In this document: positions 1 through 7,145 of the stretch, piece after piece | Position numbering within the stretch: position 1 is the first letter of the stretch | Layout of the letters: each line of letters opens with the position of its first letter | IMG/VR virus record: IMGVR_UViG_2667527633_000005 | From: a virus | Taxonomy: Duplodnaviria > Heunggongvirae > Uroviricota > Caudoviricetes | Reading direction: 5' to 3' (one strand) | DNA length: 19,664 nt | Made by a program: the position numbers and the translations under genes | The notes under the pieces: model-generated | Databases searched by the model: none | The model's input: only the letters and a program-made list of their open reading frames with translations | Told to the model about the DNA's origin: nothing

Positions 1-177
1 CTACCNNNNNNNNNNTACTTTTGCGCCTCCCAGCCGGACCGGCGCTGCGGCGTAATACGCGGCAATTTCACCAATCCAGCCGGTCAGCCTTTCCCGCTGC
101 TCCTGACTGTTCGCGCCCAGAATAAAATCCATCGCTGACTGCGTATCCAGCTCACTCTCAATGGTGGCGGCATACAT
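1..177 (-). CDS. hypothetical protein, 5' portion only (runs off window start; N-run 6..15 inside)
   Basis: Minus-strand frame opening with ATG at 177..175 (MYAATIESELDTQSAMDFILGANSQEQRERLTGWIGEIAAYYAAAPVRLGG...). Absent from the ORF track because there is no stop in the window. No family recognised. Confidence 0.3.
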   Translation of the reverse strand: MYAATIESELDTQSAMDFILGANSQEQRERLTGWIGEIAAYYAAAPVRLGGAKVXXXX

Positions 178-257
178 CGCCTTTATGAAAAGACAGGAAA
201 AAATAAAATTTAAAAACAGTACATTACGAATGCTCAGACCTATCGTTTAAAGGAGTC

Positions 258-279
258 GCAATACACACTGCAATACACG
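258..279. repeat. left copy of 21-bp direct repeat gcaatacacaCtgcaatacac (two tandem GCAATACAC half-sites); candidate att/arm-type site at left island end
   Basis: Matches 10950..10970 (gcaatacacaTtgcaatacac) at 20 of 21 positions; a further GCAATACACA copy lies at 10920..10929 beside the integrase start. Confidence 0.45.
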
Positions 280-312
280 ATTATTTATAAGATGAGCGGC
301 ATCCGTCATAAA

Positions 313-551
313 GCTGGTGGATGCTTTTTCTATGCATATATGCACAGTTTTAGTGGGCGTTAATGTCGATATAGGGATCCCCATATCGAGATTGGATACC
401 TGGCTTTTTTCCGGTTAACCTTTAATCAGGCTGGTGGGCTTTACCTGTTTTGTATGAGTGGTCATCATGACCATGTCATAACAAAAACCCCATATTCGTG
501 GTTTTTCTGTGTCGGGCTATTCTGTCGTTGCTGTGCTGATTTGGCTGGTGG
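313..551 (+). other. cluster of three Chi octamers 5'-GCTGGTGG-3' in one orientation (313..320, 430..437, 544..551)
   Basis: Exact octamers read directly from the sequence within 240 bp of non-coding DNA; palindromes GTCGATATAGGGATCCCCATATCGA (367..392) and GGTCATCATGACC (461..473) lie between them. Confidence 0.75.
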
Positions 552-617
552 GCTGAATCATCATTACGGCGATGCAGCTATGTAGACGTTCCGGCCTCCT
601 CAAATTGAGGATTGTGG

Positions 618-778
618 AAGAATCAATGGGTTAGTCTTACTTTCCCGACATCCCCCAATGGGGGTTTTCGAAACAATCAATAGCTTAGGCTTACTTCCCC
701 GATTTCCTGCATTGCAGGTTTTCGAAATAATCAATGGGTTAGGCCATCGTGCAATTTTGCACTTTGCCAGCCAGCGCA
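618..778 (+). repeat. tandem ~55-bp repeat array (about 2.5 units), each unit with ATCAATGGGTTAG..CTTACTTCCCGA plus a short GC-rich hairpin followed by TTTTCGAAA
   Basis: Units begin near 622, 678 and 731. Hairpins: CCCCCaatGGGGG (about 652..668), CCTGCattGCAGG (706..718), GTGCAAttTTGCAC (759..772). A second repeat family GCCAGCGCAAT..CGCGTTATC occurs near 768..795 and 955..984. Confidence 0.6.
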
Positions 779-992
779 ATGTCGCGTTATCAGTCCTCAG
801 ATGTGAGGGATGTAGCCAGCTTTTCCCCCAGTGGGGGATATCCAGCACCGACGGCTTAACTGTGCGTGCCAGCACAAGGTAGCCTTGAACTACTTACTGC
901 ATCCCATCTTACAGGCCGTGCCTTCCTGCTTAACTTTTTGCAATGCAACAAGTCAGCCAGCGCAATTTTGCGTTATCGGGAATATCAGCAAG

Positions 993-1274
993 TTACCGCC
1001 GCAATCGTTCCGGCTTCTTCCACTGGTAAGTATTTTTCGCGCTCTCCCTCCGTTGTTGAGAACGGCGACGATATGCCAGCAACTCAAGGACTCTTGTTCG
1101 TATGTTGCGCATATCCACGCCGTTAAGCTCAATACCGTCACGGCGCATCACCTCAGCCACTACACGCACATAATTATCTGCGGTCACGCTGTCCGGCTGC
1201 GTGGCCTGTTCGTCATGCTGCTTGCTGATTCCACAAGCACGGCGGATTAATCGCAGTATTTCGGATTCAGTCAT
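993..1274 (-). CDS. hypothetical small protein (93 aa) with arginine-rich C-terminus
   Basis: ORF with ATG at 1274, directly downstream of the terS-like gene on the same strand; C-terminus RRRSQQRRESAK..KKPERLRR suggests nucleic-acid binding. Weak RBS, no family recognised. Confidence 0.4.
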   Translation of the reverse strand: MTESEILRLIRRACGISKQHDEQATQPDSVTADNYVRVVAEVMRRDGIELNGVDMRNIRTRVLELLAYRRRSQQRRESAKNTYQWKKPERLRR

Positions 1275-1356
1275 AGCGTACTACGTTACTTATCTTTATT
1301 CGGCTGCAACTTATCCGGTACGTTTCCGGCAGTTTCCATCAGATAATCGGACAGCA

Positions 1357-1827
1357 TCAGCGGTATGTTTTCGTCAAGTTTTGCGCATGCGTTACAGGCT
1401 CTGATAACTTCTTTTTCAGTCCATCCAGCATAGACGGCTTCATGTCGGGAAACTTCCTTGTCATGGCAAGCGGCAGGCTGTCCATGATTGAAGAAATCTG
1501 ACTCGCCAATTTTGAAAGCACGTATATACAAAACGCTGTATCAATAACGTCGCCGCGTTCGCGCTCGTTTTTAAGCTCCTGCGCCTCTGCCTGTGCTGTC
1601 AGCAATCTGATCCTGACTCGTAGGAGTTCATCATCATCAATCTCGCCTTTGTCGTCTGTAATCTGGTTAATTGCATTGCTAACCCGATTGTCTATTACGC
1701 TGGCAACATCATAAAACGCCTCGCGGCCTTTACGTTCAACGGGAGTCACTCCCCACTTGTCGAACGCTGTCGCACTTACACGGCAGCTTTGCGCCATGTT
1801 TTTTTTGTTCATCAGGTGCGATTTCAT
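1357..1827 (-). CDS. terminase small subunit, phage lambda Nu1-like
   Basis: LLTAQAEAQELKNERERGDVIDTAFCIYVLSKLASQISSIMDSLPLAMTRKFPDM aligns with lambda Nu1 (..RLTRAQADAQELKNARDSAEVVETAFCTFVLSRIAGEIASILDGLPLSVQRRFPEL) as I recall it. Start placed at ATG 1827 (GGGGA RBS 5 nt upstream); the track ORF begins at GTG 1839. Lies about 135 bp downstream of cosN, as in lambda. Confidence 0.85.
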   Translation of the reverse strand: MKSHLMNKKNMAQSCRVSATAFDKWGVTPVERKGREAFYDVASVIDNRVSNAINQITDDKGEIDDDELLRVRIRLLTAQAEAQELKNERERGDVIDTAFCIYVLSKLASQISSIMDSLPLAMTRKFPDMKPSMLDGLKKKLSEPVTHAQNLTKTYR

Positions 1828-1939
1828 CAATATCCCCACTTAAGTAATGTTTCAGGTTGGTGTATTGGCTTTATCTTTTCCTTTTTATTCATAGAGATAG
1901 AGCGAACAACAAAACCACCACCAGCACCCGAAAAAGGCT

Positions 1940-1990
1940 CATAAATAGCGAAAACCCGCGAGGTCGCCGCCCCGTAGCCTACCGGATCGC
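1940..1990 (-). other. lambda-type cohesive-end site (cosN core = reverse complement of 1961..1972, GGGCGGCGACCT, plus conserved flank)
   Basis: Minus strand reads ..ACG GGGCGGCGACCT CGCGGGTTTTCGCTATTTATGAg.., matching the lambda left-end/cosN sequence from memory; positioned immediately upstream of the Nu1-like gene. Confidence 0.8.
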
Positions 1991-2028
1991 CGGAAAGGAC
2001 CCGCCAGCCAGAACGGGCCCTAATTTCA

Positions 2029-2412
2029 TCAACCAATCAACTTATAGCGACCATCCCGTGCATTGCGACGTACACGCTCAATCTTGAGGCATAGCGCCGC
2101 ATCTGGCTTTTTTGGGACAGGTACGCGGCAATATTCAGAAGATCGAGGAATATTGTTTATCCAGTCGATCACTTCACTTAAATACCAGGCCTTACGCCCT
2201 TCCGTAACCTGCACACGCTCCGGGAACTCTCCACTAGCCTCAAGGTTTAGCAATGTGCGACGGCTAAGGGTAGTAAGTTCCATCACCTGATTCATATCAA
2301 CAAGGCGTTCACTTAAACGCATTTTGTCAGCAATAGCCTTTAATTCCTCTACTGCTGGATCCGGATACATCATTTCGGCAATTGGCTTAAGGTCATTGTA
2401 ATGATTCTGCAT
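2029..2412 (-). CDS. AlpA/excisionase-like HTH regulator (127 aa)
   Basis: Central segment MELTTLSRRTLLNLEASGEFPERVQVTEGRKAWYLSEVIDWI resembles the AlpA/Xis-type winged HTH; GGGGGA RBS 4 nt before ATG 2412; sits between the decoration gene and cos. Confidence 0.55.
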   Translation of the reverse strand: MQNHYNDLKPIAEMMYPDPAVEELKAIADKMRLSERLVDMNQVMELTTLSRRTLLNLEASGEFPERVQVTEGRKAWYLSEVIDWINNIPRSSEYCRVPVPKKPDAALCLKIERVRRNARDGRYKLIG

Positions 2413-2423
2413 TGTATCCCCCT

Positions 2424-2765
2424 TTACACACGAGCCAGCGGCTGAACAGAAATACCTGAGCCAACAAACGCGGCAACCTTTGCCGACAGTTCTTTTACAG
2501 ACTCAGGCCAGTTCAGAGCATCAACATTTAAAACACCTGTCTTATAAACCTGTGCCTGTGTTTTTTTCGCTGTGTCGATTTGTACAGCGGAAACATAAAC
2601 CGCTTTACCTACGCTCGAACCATCCCATACCACCAGTGCACCTGTTGCATCTTCCTGCATCAGTGGCGTAAATGCAGGAATTACCCCTTTATTAGCTGAA
2701 AATATCCCCAGCGTAGTCACCAGTGCTTCAGTGCCAGCCATGAGTTCAGTGTAATGAGTAGCCAT
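2424..2765 (-). CDS. head decoration protein, phage lambda gpD-like
   Basis: TPLMQEDATGALVVWDG..VYKTGVLNVDALNWPE..AAFVGSGISVQ parallels lambda gpD (TPLMLDTSSRKLVAWDG..FYKSGTFRYEDVLWPEA..TAFAGTAISIV, from memory); GGGGGAG RBS overlaps the stop of the upstream capsid gene. Confidence 0.8.
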   Translation of the reverse strand: MATHYTELMAGTEALVTTLGIFSANKGVIPAFTPLMQEDATGALVVWDGSSVGKAVYVSAVQIDTAKKTQAQVYKTGVLNVDALNWPESVKELSAKVAAFVGSGISVQPLARV

Positions 2766-2774
2766 TGCTCCCCC

Positions 2775-3815
2775 TTAGCCAATGCGAACGGTAACAAAAC
2801 GATTGATGCGGGCCGGTATTGGCTGTGGTGCTGAATGTGTCTGCACATATTCAATAGCCGGATCACCAGGCACAATATAGTTTTTCGGTGCAAGTTCGGC
2901 TTTAGTCAGCCCCATTCGGATTAGCTCCGGATCCTGAATACCGCCATAGGCGACAATCCCCTGAAGAGCCGTATTGCCAAGCACCATCAAATCAGGATCA
3001 AGGAAATGTTTTTCTGTTCCGTCCTCGTCGGTATAACGCCCGCTGTAAACAACAATCGCAACATCGCCCATATACCCTTTAAAACTCACCGAATCACCAA
3101 GGTCTTTAAGGGCCGTTTCCAGTTCGGAATTAGAACCACGACGGGTATCCAAAGCCTCTTTTATCGCTCTGAATGAACGGTATTTCTTCCATACATTACC
3201 ACCCATAATGATGATATTAGTGACGCCCTCACTAAATTCTGCGTAGCTCTCAATATCATCATTTGGATCAAAAGTTTCTTTATCCTTACCTGACCACTCA
3301 GTACCGCCAGACTGAGTGATGATATTTTGTGGTTTTATATTCCAGTCCAGCTCATAACGTTCAATACCATCGCCCTCAATGATATTTTTCCCCGTTGTGA
3401 TTGCCTGAACAGCAAGCCATTCAATACGTGCACGAATAGCTTTAGCCTGATTTACAATCGCCTGTTTAACTTTAATATTACGTGCCCCAAAAGCATTGTA
3501 TTGCTCAGGTGATACACCAGCAGGGCGCACAGCTAACTTATTTGGATCAATGCTGCTTTTCGGCTTCATATAGCCTGGACGAATTGTTTTTGATTCGTAC
3601 CCTTCGTCACGTGAAACTTTACTACCCACCATAGGAGAACAAAACGCTGCAATTGGGATATTTGGATCGTCGATTGTATCAAGAATAATATCGCGCGATT
3701 CAAACATTACCGAGCGAGTAAAAAACAAACTGGTAAACAACGCATTTAGTTGTTTTTGTACATCTACAGCATTAACCACCTGTACAAGCTGAGTAGGCGA
3801 ATATAAATCAACCAT
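2775..3815 (-). CDS. major capsid protein, phage lambda gpE-like
   Basis: Long collinear match to lambda gpE, e.g. NIITQSGGTEWSGKDKETFDPNDDIESYA..YRSFRAIKEALDTRRGSNSELETALKDLG..YMGDVAIVVYSG..MVLGNT. Start set at ATG 3815 (AAGAGG 6 nt upstream; aligns with the gpE N-terminus); the track ORF extends to 4028, but a stable hairpin at 3990..4020 argues against that extension. Confidence 0.85.
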   Translation of the reverse strand: MVDLYSPTQLVQVVNAVDVQKQLNALFTSLFFTRSVMFESRDIILDTIDDPNIPIAAFCSPMVGSKVSRDEGYESKTIRPGYMKPKSSIDPNKLAVRPAGVSPEQYNAFGARNIKVKQAIVNQAKAIRARIEWLAVQAITTGKNIIEGDGIERYELDWNIKPQNIITQSGGTEWSGKDKETFDPNDDIESYAEFSEGVTNIIIMGGNVWKKYRSFRAIKEALDTRRGSNSELETALKDLGDSVSFKGYMGDVAIVVYSGRYTDEDGTEKHFLDPDLMVLGNTALQGIVAYGGIQDPELIRMGLTKAELAPKNYIVPGDPAIEYVQTHSAPQPIPARINRFVTVRIG

Positions 3816-3989
3816 ACGCATCCTCTTTGCATTCATTAAAAATAATTGTGGATATATGCTACCACCGATATTTGTCATGCGAACACATGCAACCGAGTGC
3901 AATGTTGTATAAAGTTTTGGGGTGACAACTTCAGTGCGGACAATTAGTGTTAATATCTTCACTCCCTTTGGTCGGGATTTATGTAGCAT

Positions 3990-4020
3990 GCCGGAAAATT
4001 TATTTTTTCCGGCCTTTTTT
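3990..4020 (+). terminator. intrinsic-terminator-like hairpin (GCCGGAAAA-tttatt-TTTTCCGGC followed by a T-run), plus-strand orientation
   Basis: Perfect 9-bp stem 3990..3998/4005..4013 with T6 at 4015..4020, in the gap between the SSB-like stop (4032) and the capsid gene; on the minus strand it is a hairpin without a U-tract. Confidence 0.4.
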
Positions 4021-4031
4021 ATTGGCAATAT

Positions 4032-4481
4032 TTAAAACGGGATATCATCTCCCCATTGCTCATTATCTCCCACTGGTGGCTGGCTTCCTTGCTGATCTGC
4101 CTGTTGTTTTGCTCTGTTCAGTTCGTCAGTAGCCTGCCCCTGTTGGCCTTTTTTGCCGCCCGGTCGCGCCGTTCGCGCACTGATTACGCTGTCTGCGATA
4201 ACCTGCCAGCCCCGCCGCGTTTCGCCGTTCTGGCCTGTCCACTGGCTTACCTGCATGTTACCCGCCACGCTCACCAGTTCGCCTTTGTGGTGTTTTGCCA
4301 GTGCGTCGGCCTGTCTGCCAAACGCCAGGACGGATAACCACATCGTCGCCGTTCCGTCATCTGCCTGGCTGCACGGCAGGGGAACCGCCATACTCGCCAT
4401 CGCCATTTGTGTCCCTTTGCTGGTGGTCTTTAACTGCGGGTCAGCCACCAGCCGCCCGTAAGCCGCTATCTGTGCTGTCAT
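4032..4481 (-). CDS. single-stranded DNA-binding protein-like (C-terminal acidic DDIPF tail)
   Basis: Ends ..NEQWGDDIPF, the hallmark SSB C-terminal tail, preceded by a Gly/Gln-rich linker and an N-terminal domain compatible with an OB fold; overlaps the upstream ORF by 4 bp. Confidence 0.65.
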   Translation of the reverse strand: MTAQIAAYGRLVADPQLKTTSKGTQMAMASMAVPLPCSQADDGTATMWLSVLAFGRQADALAKHHKGELVSVAGNMQVSQWTGQNGETRRGWQVIADSVISARTARPGGKKGQQGQATDELNRAKQQADQQGSQPPVGDNEQWGDDIPF

Positions 4482-4792
4482 GCTGTCTGCTCTCCGGTTT
4501 TAACATTGATGGTTGTCACCTGTTCCGCTTCGGCAATCTCCCGTTCTGTCAGCGTGGCAAAGTTTGCCGCTGCTGTGGTCATGAATGCGCTTATCAGGTC
4601 GGGATGTTCCTTCGCGTATCCTGCCCGTGTGTGGTGGTCTATCGCTTTGATTGCCACCTTTAAGGAAAGCTCTGTCATGTCTAACGCTTTATATTTTGCC
4701 TGTGTTCTGTCTCTGCGAATTTTGGTCATTTGTCGCCCCTGATTCATGTTTTCGGCTGGCATGTTTATTAAGTGATTTTTATGTATGCGCAT
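4478..4792 (-). CDS. hypothetical protein (104 aa; start uncertain, several in-frame ATGs)
   Basis: ORF immediately downstream of the iteron origin and translationally coupled to the SSB-like gene; no family recognised. Confidence 0.45.
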   Translation of the reverse strand: MRIHKNHLINMPAENMNQGRQMTKIRRDRTQAKYKALDMTELSLKVAIKAIDHHTRAGYAKEHPDLISAFMTTAAANFATLTEREIAEAEQVTTINVKTGEQTA

Positions 4793-4843
4793 TTATTTTC
4801 ACCCCCCCCTCGTTTAAAAAGTTTTTAGTTGTGCCTCCCCCCC

Positions 4844-5061
4844 TCTACCCATCTACCCGAATGCTCATCATGTCAGTAATGGCGCGGCTTTCAGCGGGTA
4901 GATAGCTTTTTGACTCCTCTACCTGCCGTCTACCCTGCTACCTGAAACTGATAAAATCAGGTAGAAGAGGTAGAGAGCTTTTATTAGCCTTCTACCTAGC
5001 CCTATACCCACTTATCATGTTGAATAATATGCGTTTATTTTGTTCAGGTAGATGGGGTAGA
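4844..5061. repeat. iteron array (TCTACC forward, GGTAGA inverted; at least 10 copies) with adjacent AT-rich DNA: putative replication origin of the island
   Basis: TCTACC at 4844, 4852, 4918, 4929, 4991; GGTAGA at 4897, 4960, 4969, 5047, 5056 (pairs spaced 8-11 bp); AT-rich stretches at 5018..5045 and 5066..5090; immediately 3' of the primase/helicase gene. Confidence 0.6.
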
Positions 5062-5077
5062 TGGCTTTTACAAAAAA

Positions 5078-6832
5078 TTATAAAAACGCGTCGCAATCGT
5101 CTGTTGTAATTGCGTTGGTCTGCGTTACTCCCTTAACTTTTCGCGTAATATATTCATGCCCGTAAACTTTCGCCGCTGGCTTCATGGCCTTGCTGAACTC
5201 AGCCACGTTTAGCGGTTTGCTCCTGCCCGCGTATGCCATAAACGCCAGATAGACGCGGTAAAGGCTGTTCCTGGTCGTGTACTTCACTGAATCACCACCG
5301 CCACCCATCATCAGGCCGCGCGCTTCCTCCAGAAAATTCAGGAACTGGCAAAACTCAATAACCGGATCCGTCTGTTGCTTTATTGCCAGTGCTTCATCAC
5401 CGTCACGCTGTTCCAGTAGTAAAGCCCGTGCCTTCTCAGGGTCGGTAAAGTTCGCCAGCAATCGGCGGATAATAACGGGGATTTCAGCCGCAATCTTTTC
5501 CGGTAGCTCCCTGTCTTTTTCGGCCTCACTGACGATATTGTCGAAACGGAAAATCACGCGACGACGTGCCACACCTCCGGCCCGTTCGGTGAATATCATC
5601 GGGTTGTTGTTGGTCGCCAGCACCACCGCCCTGATTACCGCCGTGAAACGCTTTTCATATTTCGGGTTAATTTCCACGGGGTCGCCGCCTGTGATTTTCT
5701 TGATGCCCGTTCCTTCGCCTGTATATTTCGGCTGGTCAGCCAGGACGATAAGACGACTCCCGACAACCTGCGCACGTCCACCAGCATCATCAAGCGATGT
5801 CATTTCAGCGCTTACCGTGTTCTGTTTCCCTGCCAGAAGGCTGGCTATGTGTGTGAATGTACTTTTACCGCTCCCGCCGTCTCCGGTGGCCTCAATAAAC
5901 ATCTGCCAGTCGTACCGGTTCGCCATAATCATGTACAGCGCGGCACATATACGCATCATCTTGCGCGGGTCTTTTCCGGCTGCGTGCTCAAGCCATTTAT
6001 GAAAGTTTGGCGCGTTATCGCGGATGTTCTCCCCTGGTGCTGGTGGCGTGTACTCAATGCCGTTGTGCGTGGTGATCCAGTTCTCCGGCGTGTGCGGGGA
6101 AAATTCCCCCGTTTTCAGGTCAAGCGCACCATTGGCGAACGGCAGCAAATCGCCAGACGGCTCGCCCATTGGTTCGGCAATAACTTTTAACGCTTCCACG
6201 GCGTTATTGATTACGCGCTTGCTGAAAGTGGCCCTGTGCTCTGAATAGATCGCCACCATTTCGCGGCTAAGTTCCATTGTGCTGACCGGACACCATACCC
6301 CGCCGCGCCATACGTGAACGATTTCACTTTCAGGATGTACGCAAACGCCATCAAAGCGATCGGCAAGCAACTGCGCGCGCTCACTGTCCGCCATCTGCGA
6401 AAGTTGCGCCTTTTGCTTTACCGGAAGCTCAATGACCAGACCATCAGAAAGATTCTGGCGTTCACGGGCCAGATATTCGCGCCAGTTCTGCACCTCCTGG
6501 CCGTGCATACCCTCAGGATAAAAATTTGCATCCTGTACGCCTGCTGCCGCCAGCTTCTGACCAATCGCCTTTATCATTACAGGCGCAAGATATCCGGCCC
6601 TGTATATGCGTGCTGATTTTCGGCCTTCCGGCACAATTTGCAGATTATCCAGTTCGGATAGCTGCTGCTCCCCAAGCCACACAGGAGGCTCATTATCTCC
6701 GGCCATACGCGCATCATGTTCCTGCCATTGTTTCGCGTGTGCCCAGGCATCACTACCCGCAAAAATAATGACTTCTGTTCCTTTGTGTTTTATGCCGCGT
6801 GACTGCTGTTTTACGTTCGGTGCCAGTTTCAT
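5078..6832 (-). CDS. P4-family primase/helicase (Pri-Rep-like replication initiator)
   Basis: 584-aa ORF with Walker A IEATGDGGSGKSTFTHIASLLAGK and a C-terminal region typical of phage/plasmid P4-type primase (D5_N/SF3 helicase-like); the position (small ORFs, pri, then iteron ori) matches satellite replication modules. Confidence 0.9.
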   Translation of the reverse strand: MKLAPNVKQQSRGIKHKGTEVIIFAGSDAWAHAKQWQEHDARMAGDNEPPVWLGEQQLSELDNLQIVPEGRKSARIYRAGYLAPVMIKAIGQKLAAAGVQDANFYPEGMHGQEVQNWREYLARERQNLSDGLVIELPVKQKAQLSQMADSERAQLLADRFDGVCVHPESEIVHVWRGGVWCPVSTMELSREMVAIYSEHRATFSKRVINNAVEALKVIAEPMGEPSGDLLPFANGALDLKTGEFSPHTPENWITTHNGIEYTPPAPGENIRDNAPNFHKWLEHAAGKDPRKMMRICAALYMIMANRYDWQMFIEATGDGGSGKSTFTHIASLLAGKQNTVSAEMTSLDDAGGRAQVVGSRLIVLADQPKYTGEGTGIKKITGGDPVEINPKYEKRFTAVIRAVVLATNNNPMIFTERAGGVARRRVIFRFDNIVSEAEKDRELPEKIAAEIPVIIRRLLANFTDPEKARALLLEQRDGDEALAIKQQTDPVIEFCQFLNFLEEARGLMMGGGGDSVKYTTRNSLYRVYLAFMAYAGRSKPLNVAEFSKAMKPAAKVYGHEYITRKVKGVTQTNAITTDDCDAFL

Positions 6833-7128
6833 TTTTTACCTCTGAATCCGTTAATCATGGTTTTCATTTTCTGGATATTTCCCCACGCTTTTTCCCTGCT
6901 GATGGGCTTACTGCGGGGTGCGGCATATACCAGGGGAAAATCACGCCGGAACTGATAAACAGGCATCACGCAGTCATAGCTATACCCCTCACGGCGGTAA
7001 GTGATGCGCCGTTCTGCCACGCCTTTAATCGTTACCGTGCCGCCGTATTTATCGCGGTAAATATCGCCGTTCATAAATTCAGGTCGAGCGGGGCCGCTGG
7101 CAATAAAGCCAGAATTTTTCATTTCCAT
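6829..7128 (-). CDS. hypothetical protein (99 aa)
   Basis: ORF overlapping the primase start by 4 bp (coupled); no family recognised. Confidence 0.5.
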   Translation of the reverse strand: MEMKNSGFIASGPARPEFMNGDIYRDKYGGTVTIKGVAERRITYRREGYSYDCVMPVYQFRRDFPLVYAAPRSKPISREKAWGNIQKMKTMINGFRGKK

Positions 7129-7145
7129 ATTATTTATTCCTCGAC

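Noticed and set aside
618-778. Possible CRISPR array
   Set aside because: Repeat units are about 55 bp and directly abutting with internal variation, not short identical repeats separated by unique spacers; no cas genes nearby.
831-1250. 139-aa and 86-aa plus-strand ORFs over the repeat region and the 93-aa gene
   Set aside because: They run through tandem repeats and palindromes, lack RBSs and are antisense to the island operon; treated as spurious.
1827-2036. 69-aa minus-strand ORF overlapping the cos region
   Set aside because: Gly/Ala-rich low-complexity product lying directly over cosN/cosB-like DNA; more likely non-coding packaging-site sequence.
3816-4028. Upstream in-frame extension of the capsid ORF to 4028
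   Set aside because: The extension does not align with the lambda gpE N-terminus, contains the 3990..4020 hairpin/terminator, and a good RBS sits 6 nt before the ATG at 3815.
5277-6002. 241-aa plus-strand ORF (and neighbouring 100-116-aa plus-strand ORFs) inside the primase/helicase gene
   Set aside because: Antisense to a confidently identified 584-aa primase/helicase with a Walker A motif; Ser/Arg/Pro-rich composition typical of a shadow ORF.
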